From positions 32,001 through 96,000 of the forward strand of contig CAVTBV010000016.1 of assembly GCA_963733095.1 (NCBI GenBank): a stretch of DNA of 64,000 nucleotides, written 5' to 3'. This document shows, one piece after another, positions 47,249 through 57,767 of the stretch. A model generated the notes under the pieces. It saw nothing but the letters and a program-made list of their open reading frames with translations, ran no database searches and was not told where the DNA came from. Positions within the stretch are counted from its first letter, which is position 1, and every line of letters begins with the position of its first letter. The translations under genes were made by a program, and so were the position numbers. The DNA comes from Candidatus Bathyarchaeota archaeon. Lineage in GTDB: Archaea; Thermoproteota; Bathyarchaeia; Bathyarchaeales; Bathycorpusculaceae.

Positions 47249-49531
47249 CTAAAAAATAGAAAATCCAGCAACAACTGCCTGACCAAACGAGACTCCTCCG
47301 TCGCCGGCTGGAACCTCTTCATGCACAACAAACCTCAGTCCCGAAGCCTCAACGGTTTCACGCATGAGTTGGGCGAGAATTTGGTTGCAGGCTGCACCGC
47401 CAGAAAAACCAACAGTTTTTACTCCTTGCTTAACAGCGCTTTTAACTGCAAGGATCGCTAAGCCTTTTGCTATATAAGCGTGGGCACTATAAGCCAAATC
47501 TGCAACAGAAACCCTACCTAAACTGTCATAAATTGTCTTAAGCAGGTAAGTGGTATCCAAAACACTCCCATGCATTGACGGTTCAAGATTCAAAATGTCT
47601 TTACCTTTAATTGCCGCTGACTCAAGTTTAATAGCAGGCTCCCCCTCGTAGGTGCGCACATCACAGAGCCCCAAAACAGCCGAAACTGCATCGAGAAATC
47701 TGCCGCAACTGGTCGTTTCAACCGCACCCTCTCCCATTTTAAGTTGCTCAAGGATAAGTTTTGCTTCTATCACCCCATGCGGCAGATGAGTGCTTTTTTT
47801 AGTCAGCCAATCTTCAACGTCTAAGCCCGCTTTTGTGAGCATTGCAGCTGCCAAACGTGCAGGATAACGACTAGCTAAATCCCCGCCCAGCAACAGTTGA
47901 GGCTCCAAGTGACCGACCCGCTTAAACTGATTTGAGCCGCTCGTACAATGCAGGATTTCTCCGCCCCATGCTTTTCCATCCGCGCCATACCCGTAACCAT
48001 CGCAAGTAACCGCAAATATTTCATCTAAGCCATTCTCAGCCATTAAAGCAGCCGCATGAGCGTGGTGATGCTGCACTTGAACCAGCGATAACCCAGCTTC
48101 CTCCGCAATCTCCTTCGCCAAAAGGGTTGTGGTAAACTTGGGGTGCAAATCGCAAGCCACAGTTTCAGCGTGGCAGTTGGTTAAGTGTTGAAGGTGGCTG
48201 GTAGCTTCTTGGAGAAAACTTCGGGTTTCTACGTTTTCAACGTCGCCGATGTGTTGGCTGATGAAGGCTTTATCATCAATTAAGATGCAGGAAGTGTCGT
48301 TTAATTCGCCGCCTAAAGCTACGACGCAACGGTTGGATTTCTGTTTTAACCTGATTGGAGCGGGTGCGTAACCGCGGCTTCGCCTAAGAAACACTTGGCG
48401 GCTACCATGAACACGCATAACCGAGTCGTCGCAACGGTGGGCTATTTTGCGGTTGTGAAACAGGAAATAGTCTACGATGTCGCCGAGGATTTTTAGTGCT
48501 TGCTGGTTGTCGTTTACGATGGGTTGGTTTGGTGGGTTTGCACTGGTCATCACAAAGGTTTGGTCAAGCACCTCGTCAAAGAGCATGTAGTGCAGACCAG
48601 TATAAGGCAACATGACACCCACGTTATGCAAGTGTGGCGCAACCAACGGTGACAGGTTGTAGCTGGCACTTTTGTTTAGCAAAACGATTGGGCGTGCAGG
48701 AGAAGCTAGCAGTTCCTGCTCCTTCGAAGACACTTCGGCAAACCCTTCTGCGGCGTCAAGGCTTTTTGCCATGATAGCGAAGGGCTTTTCGTGTCGGTGC
48801 TTCGCAGTTCGAAGCCTAATCAAGGGCTGCTCAAGCATCGTTGAGGCTGCAATGTGGAAGCCGCCGTAGCCTTTTACGGCAAGAATATGGCCTTCCGATA
48901 AGAGTTTCCCAGCTTCTCGCACAGGGTCTTTAGTTTGAACAGCTTCACCCAGATTCGTTGTCAAATACGCCTTGGGACCACACGTTGGGCACGCCACAGT
49001 TTGTGCATGAAAGCGCCTGTTCGCTGGGTCCTTGTACTCTTTTTGGCAGAAACCACAGAGCGGAAAGTCTTTCATGGTAGTGTTCTCTCGGTCGTATGGC
49101 AGGCGCTTGATGATTGTGAACCGTGGTCCACAGTCTGTGCAGGTGATGAAGAAGTACTCAAAACGAGGGTCTTGGGGGTCTCTGAGTTCCTTTAGGCATC
49201 GGTTGCAGATGGCGATGTCGGGTGGTATGATTGAGCCTGAATTTTCTGCTTCTTGAGAGCTTTTGTAAATGGTGAATTTTTGGTATTCGTTTTTGCCTGA
49301 AAGCTCAGTCTTTTTGACGTGGTAGATTTGGGCTAAGGGAGGTGTTTTCGCGGTCAAATCCTGCATAAACGCATCAATTTTATTTGAATCTCCTTCGAGC
49401 AGAATTTCAACACCCGCATCGCCCCTGTTGCGAACGTAGCCAGCCAAACGATTCTTAACCGCGATTCGGTAAATGAAAGGACGGAAGCCTACGCCCTGCA
49501 CGATACCGGTAACGTTGAATTTAACACGCAA
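47249..49531 (-). CDS. hypF: Carbamoyltransferase HypF
   Basis: GIVQGVGFRPF, CTDCGPR, RRSRGYAP, QHHHAH, GDGG.S.GQ. Confidence 0.97.
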   Translation of the reverse strand: MRVKFNVTGIVQGVGFRPFIYRIAVKNRLAGYVRNRGDAGVEILLEGDSNKIDAFMQDLTAKTPPLAQIYHVKKTELSGKNEYQKFTIYKSSQEAENSGSIIPPDIAICNRCLKELRDPQDPRFEYFFITCTDCGPRFTIIKRLPYDRENTTMKDFPLCGFCQKEYKDPANRRFHAQTVACPTCGPKAYLTTNLGEAVQTKDPVREAGKLLSEGHILAVKGYGGFHIAASTMLEQPLIRLRTAKHRHEKPFAIMAKSLDAAEGFAEVSSKEQELLASPARPIVLLNKSASYNLSPLVAPHLHNVGVMLPYTGLHYMLFDEVLDQTFVMTSANPPNQPIVNDNQQALKILGDIVDYFLFHNRKIAHRCDDSVMRVHGSRQVFLRRSRGYAPAPIRLKQKSNRCVVALGGELNDTSCILIDDKAFISQHIGDVENVETRSFLQEATSHLQHLTNCHAETVACDLHPKFTTTLLAKEIAEEAGLSLVQVQHHHAHAAALMAENGLDEIFAVTCDGYGYGADGKAWGGEILHCTSGSNQFKRVGHLEPQLLLGGDLASRYPARLAAAMLTKAGLDVEDWLTKKSTHLPHGVIEAKLILEQLKMGEGAVETTSCGRFLDAVSAVLGLCDVRTYEGEPAIKLESAAIKGKDILNLEPSMHGSVLDTTYLLKTIYDSLGRVSVADLAYSAHAYIAKGLAILAVKSAVKQGVKTVGFSGGAACNQILAQLMRETVEASGLRFVVHEEVPAGDGGVSFGQAVVAGFSIF

Positions 49532-49631
49532 AGACTAAACCTTAACTTAATTGAGAAACGAGGTTTTCTCTTATACATTTCGAAGAAAACGCTAACAACC
49601 CTTAAACCAAGCATTTCTGCAATAAGAACGT

Positions 49632-49841
49632 ATGAAATGGGTTACGTTTACTTTTGCATCCGTTTTAACTACCTGCATAGTTATTTCAGGCATAGCTCTT
49701 TACCCTGAGGTTTTAGGGAGGGTCGCGACAACCAACAACGATTTTGTGTTTGCCGTCTTTTTGGGTCCTTTCTTTGTAGTCTTGTTCTTTTCTTGGGTTG
49801 GCGAAAAAGTTGTTTTGAAAGTTTGGAAGAGAAAAGCGTAG
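49632..49841 (+). CDS. Small 2-TM membrane protein
   Basis: Two hydrophobic segments; fills the intergenic gap. Confidence 0.5.
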   Translation: MKWVTFTFASVLTTCIVISGIALYPEVLGRVATTNNDFVFAVFLGPFFVVLFFSWVGEKVVLKVWKRKA

Positions 49842-49842
49842 T

Positions 49843-51468
49843 TTACGATTTTTCTTTGAGTACTCGCTTTAGGACCTTGCCTGCGCCGCTTAGAGGAAGT
49901 TCTTTTCTGAATTCGACTTCACGGATAGCTTTGTATGGAGCAACTTTGTCGTTGACGAAAACCATTATTTCCTGCTGTGACGCTGAGGCTCCGTCCTTTA
50001 GCACAACGTATGCTTTGGGAACCTCCCCAGCAAACACGTCTGGTTTGCCAATAACTGCACACAATTTCACGCCTGGATGTTCATAGAGGACATCTTCGAG
50101 TTCTCGTGGGTAGACGCTGTAGTCTTTTGTTTTGATAAGGTCTTTTTTGCGATCGGTTATGTAGAAGTAACCATCACTATCCATACGCGCGATGTCTCCA
50201 GTGAGAAGCCATCCATCACGCAACACCATGGCGGTTTCCTCAGGTATGTTCCAGTAACCCTTCATAACCTGCGGGCCCTTCACCCCCAACTCTCCAACTT
50301 CATCAACCTCAAGTGCTTTAGCGCCTGTCTCTAAATCGACGATTCGCGCTTCCGTATCTGGCAGCGGTAACCCGATTGAACCTAACCTCACCGTCCGCAT
50401 CGACTTATCCACTGGAGTACAATGAGTAACAGGCGAAGCCTCAGTCAACCCATACCCTTCCGCCAAGAATCCACCAGTTATCTCCATGAATTTCTTCTGG
50501 ACCTGCGGCGGCAGAGAGGAAGCACCAGAAATGCAAACGCGAATAGATGTTAAGTCATACTTGCTTAGCTCTGGGTTGGCGAGCAACGCAGAGTACATAG
50601 TAGGGACGCCGCAGAAAACTGTGACTCTTTGCTTTTGTATTGTCTCTAGAACTTTTGCTGGCTCAAATTTGGGCATCAGCACCATCTTTGCCGCTAAACT
50701 TATGGGCACAGTCATGCTGGTCGTCATGCCGTAGATGTGGAACAAGGGCAGAGCCGTCAGAAACGTTTCTTGGGCAGGGTTGCCTTTTATCCATGAAGCG
50801 AATGCAAGCGCGTTTGAGAGAAGGTTGCTGTGGGTTAGCATGGCGCCTTTTGCTGTCCCAGTTGTGCCTCCCGTGTATTGGAGCGCCGCCAAATCTTCAT
50901 GTGGATTAACTTTGACTTTTGGGGCTGTTTGTGGGCTGTTTTCAAGCAAATCCTCGAAAATCAAGTCATTAGGAAACCTTGAAAGAGGAGCTTTTTCTTG
51001 TAACCCTATGATTATTGCATGTTTAACCTGAGTTTTTTGCTTAACTTTCTCTACAATCGGATAGAGCGAATCCAAAGCAACAATGGCTTGGGCCCCAGAA
51101 TCGCATAGTTGGTACTCAACTTCGCGTTCCCGATGTAAAGGACTAATCGCTGTAACAACCGCGCCAACCTTGAGAATCCCAAAGTAAGCAATTATAAACT
51201 GGGGAATGTTAGGCAGAGAAAGCGCAACGCAGTTGCCTTTCTTGATTCCCAATTTTGTCAGGGCATTTGCAAACTGACTTGAAAACTCATCCAGCTGTGA
51301 ATAAGTGATTTCGCTATCGTTGTATTCTATGGCAACCTTTTCTGGAAATTTCCTTGCGCTTGCCTCAAGCAACTCGTGTAGAGGAACACGCGGGTAGTCT
51401 ATGCGTTTGGGCACTTCGGGAGGAGAATGATTTAACCACGGCGTAGGTTTGTTGCTCAAGGCTGACAC
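49843..51468 (-). CDS. Long-chain fatty acid/acyl-CoA ligase (FadD-like)
   Basis: YTGGTTG.AKG, GYGLTE, TGD, DRKKD, GKVLKR. Confidence 0.95.
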   Translation of the reverse strand: MSALSNKPTPWLNHSPPEVPKRIDYPRVPLHELLEASARKFPEKVAIEYNDSEITYSQLDEFSSQFANALTKLGIKKGNCVALSLPNIPQFIIAYFGILKVGAVVTAISPLHREREVEYQLCDSGAQAIVALDSLYPIVEKVKQKTQVKHAIIIGLQEKAPLSRFPNDLIFEDLLENSPQTAPKVKVNPHEDLAALQYTGGTTGTAKGAMLTHSNLLSNALAFASWIKGNPAQETFLTALPLFHIYGMTTSMTVPISLAAKMVLMPKFEPAKVLETIQKQRVTVFCGVPTMYSALLANPELSKYDLTSIRVCISGASSLPPQVQKKFMEITGGFLAEGYGLTEASPVTHCTPVDKSMRTVRLGSIGLPLPDTEARIVDLETGAKALEVDEVGELGVKGPQVMKGYWNIPEETAMVLRDGWLLTGDIARMDSDGYFYITDRKKDLIKTKDYSVYPRELEDVLYEHPGVKLCAVIGKPDVFAGEVPKAYVVLKDGASASQQEIMVFVNDKVAPYKAIREVEFRKELPLSGAGKVLKRVLKEKS

Positions 51469-51586
51469 ATCGTTCTTTGAGTTGAATTAGAGGTAATAAC
51501 ATTTTGACATTTAAGAGGAACGGCAGTTAAAAAAACGTTACCTCAATTATAGGCTCTTGGATTTTTTCTTAATTTTAACGCCTGTC

Positions 51587-52018
51587 TTATTTTCTTTTAA
51601 ACTCAGATAATGCTTGTAAAAAACCGTAAATCTGCCACATCTCATTAGTATAAGTGAAAAGGTAAACGATAACATCGTCTAAACTAAAGTCAACAGTCAA
51701 ATTACTCACAGAAAAAACAAACAGTTGGTCCTGCGATTTATCGGTTAAAACAACAGTCAAAACATCGCCCACAACCAATTTGTCACCCAACGTTTCGCCG
51801 CTTCCAAAGGCTTCACTGAGGCAAATGGTTCTTCCATACTCAAAAACAATGTATGGATTACCCTTCCGAATCATTGCCGAAGAGGAAAACTTGGGAATTT
51901 GACTTTTAAACTGGACCTGAACAGCTACAAACTCTTCTTTGCTTAAAGGCACCCATAGATAGTTCTGCCAATCTTTTTTTTCGTCTCTCTTAAGTGAAAA
52001 ACTGCATTTAAACCACAA
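51587..52018 (-). CDS. Hypothetical protein
   Basis: 143-aa ORF; no recognised motif. Confidence 0.45.
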   Translation of the reverse strand: MWFKCSFSLKRDEKKDWQNYLWVPLSKEEFVAVQVQFKSQIPKFSSSAMIRKGNPYIVFEYGRTICLSEAFGSGETLGDKLVVGDVLTVVLTDKSQDQLFVFSVSNLTVDFSLDDVIVYLFTYTNEMWQIYGFLQALSEFKRK

Positions 52019-52080
52019 CAGCGGCCTTAGCTAGATAGTATTTCACATCCATTAAGGTTGTAGAGATAAAATAGTTCAAG

Positions 52081-52219
52081 TGGTGCCGGGGACGGGATTC
52101 GAGCCCGCGACTTCTGGGCATAGGGCGATGGCCCCTTTTGCACTCCAGATTTCTCATCATGCAAACATCGTTCACACGATTATGAGTCTGGCGCCCTAGC
52201 CAGGCTAGGCTACCCCGGC
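52081..52219 (-). tRNA. tRNA-Met (CAT, elongator type) with two introns (37/38: 52151-52180; 45/46: 52112-52142) and encoded CCA
   Basis: Mature 78-nt sequence GCCGGGG TA GCCT...GGGC G CCAGA CTCATAA TCTGG AGGTC GCGGG CTCGAAT CCCGT CCCCGGC ACCA; BHB-type splice structures. Confidence 0.9.
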
Positions 52220-52887
52220 AATTGACCACTGATTTTTCTAGCCGTGTCTTTTTAGTCTGTTTTCCTTCATTTAAACTTTTAAAAACTATTCGCAGAGATT
52301 TCACCATGGAAACAATAATTGGGAATAATCATCTACAGTACACGGTCTGAGAAAAGATGATACAAGTATAGATCAAAGTTAATTTTATTGACTTTTAGCA
52401 AACCTTTGTAATCAACTAACGTACTCTTTTGGTTTGTTTTGGGTTTCTTTCGCATTGGCTACTAAGGCAGCTTCAAACATAATTTCATCGACTGTCCCGA
52501 AGCTTTGCTTAACCGCAACTTTCATTTGAGTCAAGTTTGAGTCACCAAAAATGTTTTAACTTAAATGCAAGAACACAAAAATTCAAATGCCTTGCTTTCT
52601 TACGAGTTGGAGCTCGCTAGGTTATTTTTCTCAAGAATGCTAATATAACTATGTGGGCTCTTGTACGCAACAACAAAAAAAGAGAAGACAGCTTTATGTT
52701 AAAATCCCATGTTAATTCCTGAAACTATAGCTCTCAATTAACGCTTTTGGAGCAACATAAGGTCAAATACAAATAAAAACGCCCTTAAAAATAATAATGT
52801 TGCAAAAATCTTTTCGCCATCACCAAATCAGTATTTTTGTACAATAAATTTATTGGATTGAAACCTTAACTCATTTATGGTGAACGT

Positions 52888-53484
52888 ATGTCTTCAGATA
52901 ACGAGGATACTCCTGAGTGGTTCAAAAAACGCCGTAGTTCTTCAAAGGACCCGTTTTCGGGCATAGATGATATGTTCCATGAAATGGAGAAGATGATGGA
53001 TGAGGAGCTTAAGAACTTCACAGATAAAGTTCCTAAAGAATACGTAAAGGAACGTAAATTGCCAGACGGCAGCACAGTTAAGGAAATGGGTCCGTTCGTT
53101 TATGGTTACAGCATGAAGATTGGTCCTGATGGAAAACCGGAAATTCAAGAGTTCGGCAACATCAAAAAAAGCATGAAGGGTATACCTCAGGTTAAAGACG
53201 AACGTGAACCGCTCGTTGACATTATGGAAACAAACGACGACATCCATGTGGTTGCTGAATTGCCAGGCGTTGAAAAAACAGACATAAAACTCCACGGTAC
53301 CGAAGATTCCCTGACAATTTCGGTTGATACCCCGCAGTATAAGTACTTCAAGGAAGTCGAGTTGCCAGTAAAAGTGAGAATTAAAGAAGCAAAATCCACA
53401 TACAAGAACGGCGTGTTGGAAGTGGTGCTTCCTAAAGCTGATGTTGCAGGCAAACCCAAAGGCGAACCAATCGATATAATCTAA
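52888..53484 (+). CDS. hsp20: Archaeal small heat shock protein Hsp20
   Basis: GPFVYGYSMKIGPDGKP.IQEFGN, REPLVD, AELPGV, YKNGVLEV. Confidence 0.95.
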   Translation: MSSDNEDTPEWFKKRRSSSKDPFSGIDDMFHEMEKMMDEELKNFTDKVPKEYVKERKLPDGSTVKEMGPFVYGYSMKIGPDGKPEIQEFGNIKKSMKGIPQVKDEREPLVDIMETNDDIHVVAELPGVEKTDIKLHGTEDSLTISVDTPQYKYFKEVELPVKVRIKEAKSTYKNGVLEVVLPKADVAGKPKGEPIDII

Positions 53485-53526
53485 AAGCCTAAAAACTCCC
53501 CCTTCACATTACACTCAGAGTAGCTA

Positions 53527-53943
53527 GTGATGACGACCGAAAACTCAGAGATAGATACGCTAAATGCTATTTGCAAAGAAGCAAAAACAGCGGGCAAACT
53601 TTCCGGCGACAACCTCACAGAGCTCTATGAGCTTTTTGGGTCAAGGTTCACAAAAGCGCTCGATGCTCTAAAAGAAGGCAGAGTCAAAAAATACGTTTTT
53701 AAGCCCAGCGGCAGAACCGTGTGGATAGTGGTGGGCAGAGAAAGAGATTACCTCATCATGCCCGAAGCGGAATTCTGCACTTGTGACGACTTCTACTTCC
53801 GCGTTCTCGACAAAAAAGTCCACATGTGCTACCACCTGTTAACGCAGAAAATCGCGGCGAACTTGGGCTGGTTTGAAACCATCGATGAAATCGATGAGTG
53901 TTTTGACATGTTGATGAATGAGTGGAAAAAAGCTACTGCTTAA
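53527..53943 (+). CDS. SWIM zinc-finger protein
   Basis: CTCDDF......CYH. Confidence 0.85.
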   Translation: MMTTENSEIDTLNAICKEAKTAGKLSGDNLTELYELFGSRFTKALDALKEGRVKKYVFKPSGRTVWIVVGRERDYLIMPEAEFCTCDDFYFRVLDKKVHMCYHLLTQKIAANLGWFETIDEIDECFDMLMNEWKKATA

Positions 53944-53988
53944 ATATGAAGATGCTACAATGGTAGGTAAATACAAGGAGAACCCTCA

Positions 53989-54111
53989 ATGGATTTAGGC
54001 GCATATTTCATAACCTTGCAATATGTCTTAGTTGGCGCAGTGTTTATTGCTCTTCTACTCATCTTCATGCATGCTTACTATGGCAGAGAAGAAGAGGAAA
54101 TAAACGAGTAA
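53989..54111 (+). CDS. 40-aa single-TM small protein (not in the ORF track)
   Basis: AAGGAG SD; MDLGAYFITLQYVLVGAVFIALLLIFMHAYYGREEEEINE. Confidence 0.55.
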   Translation: MDLGAYFITLQYVLVGAVFIALLLIFMHAYYGREEEEINE

Positions 54112-54123
54112 ATTCATTTATTT

Positions 54124-54420
54124 TTAATTGGTAAATCTTCTTTCTCGCCTGTTCATTATCAAAAATAAAACTACACTTACAACAGTCAAGATTATGCTAA
54201 CTGCAATGAGCCAGCCAGCGTCAGGCCCAGCACCGAAAACAACGGGAATCGGACCAATTAAGATTACGCCTCCAACACTGCTTAAACCTTTAAAAACTAA
54301 GGAAGCAACCACCAAAACAGCTATGCCAACAAAAACCAAGGCGATTCCTAAGAGCAAAAAACCAAACAACCGGCTAGACACGCTAATACCTTCATCTTCA
54401 GCGTCTTCATCACTCAACAA
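54124..54420 (-). CDS. DUF131 membrane protein
   Basis: GGVILIGPIPVVFG. Confidence 0.85.
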   Translation of the reverse strand: MLSDEDAEDEGISVSSRLFGFLLLGIALVFVGIAVLVVASLVFKGLSSVGGVILIGPIPVVFGAGPDAGWLIAVSIILTVVSVVLFLIMNRRERRFTN

Positions 54421-54426
54421 GTCAAG

Positions 54427-54687
54427 CTACCTCAACAACCAATAATTCACAACAATAACTATTAAGGCAACTATGGTGAGGGCTAAAGCCAGCGCTAATA
54501 CTGTCTTGACTGATTTTTTGTCTGTACCAAAAATTACCGGAATCGGCCCTATCATTATTACGCCTGCACCATGCACTTTGCCCTTCTTTGCGCCACTCAT
54601 GGAAGCCAGAACAATTGCCGCAACTACAACTACGACTCCAATAATAATCAACGCTATCCCAAGCGCATAAAAAACCGCAAGATCCAC
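54427..54687 (-). CDS. DUF131 membrane protein
   Basis: GAGVIMIGPIPVIFG. Confidence 0.85.
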   Translation of the reverse strand: MDLAVFYALGIALIIIGVVVVVAAIVLASMSGAKKGKVHGAGVIMIGPIPVIFGTDKKSVKTVLALALALTIVALIVIVVNYWLLR

Positions 54688-54804
54688 CCTTTAACCTCCA
54701 GCGTCCAAACTAAAGATGAAACAGCGTTTTAAATAAACATAATCAACACTCCCAGAAATGCAAAAAATTAAAAGCCCCGCACCTCTTTATCGTGTCGGCG
54801 CAAA

Positions 54805-55962
54805 ATGACCATCCAAGACCTGATCCAAGAAATCCAACGGCAAAACCCGCTCATCAGCCAAGAGCAAATCCATGAGAAACTACAGGCTGAAAGGTCCAGA
54901 ACGGGGGGTTTACTTTGCGACGAAACGTTGCTGCGGTTGATTGCAGCTAAATTGGGCGTTCAAGTGCAACAGAACACGATTCAGAGCAGTGGAGTTCTGT
55001 CAACAAGTCGGATGTTTGCTGGGTTGTATGATGTTACTGTAGCGGGCAGGTTAATCGCTGTTTTTCCAGCTAAGACTTTTCAGGGTCCAGAAAAATCAGG
55101 CAAATTTGCTACCTTAACGATTGTCGACCACGATGGTCTTTTGCGGGTGGTGTTGTGGAATGAGAAAGCTGAGTTGGTTGAGAGGGGTGAACTTAAAGCG
55201 GGGCAAGCGGTCAGGTTGCTTCATGGATACACGCGGGAGGACCGGTACGGCAAAACAGAACTGCACTTGGGCAACAAAAGCCAAGTCGAAGTTGAACCCC
55301 CAAGCAAAGCCGCAGAATACCCATCGATTGAAAAGTTCGTTGCAAAAATCAGCACTCTAACCCTTGAATTGAGCAATGTTATCCTGTCAGGAGAAGTAAA
55401 AGAGGTTTTAGGCGAAAGCAGCTTTATCCGAAGCGATACAAGCGTTGGCACAGTCACAAGGTTAACTTTAGCAGACGACTCAGGGCAGGTAACAGTGGTT
55501 TTTTGGAATGAGAAAGCAACTGAGCTAGAAAACACACTCAAAGCTAACGCGCGGTTGCTACTGGTTAATGCTAGGGTGAAAGAAGGGCAAAACGGCGGTT
55601 TAGAGGTCCATGTCGACTCCAACACGTTCATCGATGTTCAATCTGCCTCAGTGAAATGCACAAATACTTCTGGGTTAGCTGAAGACCGAATAGTGAACTT
55701 TGAAGGCACGATTTCTGCGTTGCGTGAAAACAAAGAGGTCACTACATCCAAAGGCGAAAATATCAAGCTTGTAGTTTTTGACCTGAAAGATGAGGGAGGT
55801 GTGGTTCGGGTTTCAGCTTGGCGGGAACATGCTGAGGCGTTGAAGGATTTAAAAATTGGAGACAAGGTGGTTTTGGAGAATGTTTATGTTAAAAAGGGGT
55901 TTGGAGGTAAACTGGAGTTGTCTACCCGATCTACGACGGTTGCTTCGGTTGCTAAGCTTTGA
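54805..55962 (+). CDS. Replication protein A / multi-OB-fold ssDNA-binding protein
   Basis: Three OB folds (D..G..RVVLW, DDSG.VTVVFW, DEGG.VRVSAW). Confidence 0.88.
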   Translation: MTIQDLIQEIQRQNPLISQEQIHEKLQAERSRTGGLLCDETLLRLIAAKLGVQVQQNTIQSSGVLSTSRMFAGLYDVTVAGRLIAVFPAKTFQGPEKSGKFATLTIVDHDGLLRVVLWNEKAELVERGELKAGQAVRLLHGYTREDRYGKTELHLGNKSQVEVEPPSKAAEYPSIEKFVAKISTLTLELSNVILSGEVKEVLGESSFIRSDTSVGTVTRLTLADDSGQVTVVFWNEKATELENTLKANARLLLVNARVKEGQNGGLEVHVDSNTFIDVQSASVKCTNTSGLAEDRIVNFEGTISALRENKEVTTSKGENIKLVVFDLKDEGGVVRVSAWREHAEALKDLKIGDKVVLENVYVKKGFGGKLELSTRSTTVASVAKL

Positions 55963-56974
55963 GTTTGGCTACTATGGCGTCTGCCATTTCGCTTGTGGTT
56001 GCTTTGCCGCCTAAGTCTGCAGTTCGGATTTTGCCCTCTTTGAGCACGGCGATTACTGCGTTTTCGATTTTTGCTACATCCGCTTTTTCGTCGAGGTAAT
56101 CTAGCAGCATGGCACCTGCCATTATGGTGGCTATGGGGTTTACTCTGTTAATTCCTGTATACTTGGGTGCTGAACCGTGGACAGGCTCAAACATGCCATA
56201 GGTTGCGCCGATGTTTGCTCCAGCCGCCAAACCCAAGCTGCCTGTAACCTGAGCGGCTTCGTCTGAGATTATGTCGCCAAAAAGGTTAGTGGTAACCATT
56301 ACGTCGTAGGCTTCGGGTTTTTTGATTAGTTGCATTGTTGCGGCATCGATGTGTAGGTCATCGACCTCGATGTCGGGGTAATTCTGCTGGGCTTCTTTGA
56401 CTGAGTCTTTAAAGATTCCGTCGGTTATGCGCAGGATGTTGCCTTTGTGGATGTAGGTTAAATGTTTTCTGCGTTGACGCGCCAATTTGAAGGCGAATTC
56501 GGCAACCCTCAATGAAGCTTCCCGAGTGATAATTCTTAGTGCTACGCCTACACCTGGAGCCAAAAGCGATTCATCCCCCGAATACATACCTTCAGTATTC
56601 TCCCTAACGACGACTAAGTCGATGTTGGGTTTAAGGGCTTCCACACTCGGGAATGTTTTGCATGGACGTACGTTCGCGTAGAGGTTAAACATACGCCGCA
56701 ACGTGACAGCTACACTTACGGGTGCACCAGGTTCCTCGGGCGTTGTCATGGGTCCTTTGAGGCAAGCATCAGTTTTCTTGATTAGCTCGATTGTTTCTTT
56801 TGGCAGATTGGTACCATGTTCAGCTATGCAGTGGTATCCTGCTTCACCGTAGAGAAAGTTAAGTTTGAAAGTAGATTTAACTTGGACTGCTTCGAGGACT
56901 TTGACGGTTGCCTCGGTAACTTCTGGTCCTATGCCGTCTCCTTTTAGCGCAGCTATATTGTAAGTTTTAGTCAT
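55952..56974 (-). CDS. leuB: 3-isopropylmalate/isocitrate-family dehydrogenase (LeuB-like)
   Basis: GDGIGPEV, RENTEG.Y, NLFGDIISD, FEPVHGSAP. Confidence 0.82.
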   Translation of the reverse strand: MTKTYNIAALKGDGIGPEVTEATVKVLEAVQVKSTFKLNFLYGEAGYHCIAEHGTNLPKETIELIKKTDACLKGPMTTPEEPGAPVSVAVTLRRMFNLYANVRPCKTFPSVEALKPNIDLVVVRENTEGMYSGDESLLAPGVGVALRIITREASLRVAEFAFKLARQRRKHLTYIHKGNILRITDGIFKDSVKEAQQNYPDIEVDDLHIDAATMQLIKKPEAYDVMVTTNLFGDIISDEAAQVTGSLGLAAGANIGATYGMFEPVHGSAPKYTGINRVNPIATIMAGAMLLDYLDEKADVAKIENAVIAVLKEGKIRTADLGGKATTSEMADAIVAKLKA

Positions 56975-57053
56975 ATCTGAGCCTTCTGGTGTGTAATCAT
57001 TGTTTTTGCTTATCAGCATTCCTGTTGAGTTTTATTTTTCTGTGATCCGCCCC

Positions 57054-57569
57054 TTAAACTTTGTTTTCGTTTTCTGTGTACAATTGTCGATGGTTGCAGT
57101 ATTTCTTGATGTCGTCTTTTTCTTTGTAGCGTCGCATTGTTGCTGCGTTTGTTCTGACCCGTTCAAAACGTTTTCGGCTATTGAGCCTCTCCGCAAGTTC
57201 AATGACATCGCGTGGCTTGCTAAACTTGTCCACAGTGTCGTCTTCGCGTTTGCGCTCGATTTTTATGCAGTCATCCACCATGCAGTTGAGTACACATGCG
57301 CCGCAGTATATGCACAAGTCTTCCATGACTCCAACTTTACCGGTTCCCCAGTATAAGGCATTAGTGGGGCAAGCTTTGATGCAGAGTTTGCATTGTCCAC
57401 CAACGCAAGTAAACTCGTTGATATTGATTTTTCCTTCTTTGAAGAGTTCCTTGACGCCTGTGGATTCCAGAAGTTCCTTGCGTCGCTGCCGTTTTTCTGC
57501 TTCTTCATCAACCTGACTTTCGCTTTCTTCATTCATCAGGTCAAATATAGAAGGCTGTTTTTGCGGCAT
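57054..57569 (-). CDS. 4Fe-4S dicluster ferredoxin-domain protein
   Basis: CVGGQCKLCIKACP and CIYCGACVLNC. Confidence 0.88.
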   Translation of the reverse strand: MPQKQPSIFDLMNEESESQVDEEAEKRQRRKELLESTGVKELFKEGKININEFTCVGGQCKLCIKACPTNALYWGTGKVGVMEDLCIYCGACVLNCMVDDCIKIERKREDDTVDKFSKPRDVIELAERLNSRKRFERVRTNAATMRRYKEKDDIKKYCNHRQLYTENENKV

Positions 57570-57767
57570 AGGGAACCACGAGTGAGTTGATTTGTTTTAA
57601 AAATAGGTTATGAATTATAATTACTTATCCTCGAGTTTTAATGGTTTGTTCCGTGCATCCGAGTTGATGCAGAGTTCGTTTTTTGGTTTCATACATCTTT
57701 ATAAAATTGATCTGTATATTAAAAAAGGTCAATCTTTCTAAGTTAATACATTAAAACAAGAGGTAAC

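Noticed and set aside
52008-52307. 99-aa ORF
   Set aside because: Overlaps the tRNA-Met gene; spurious
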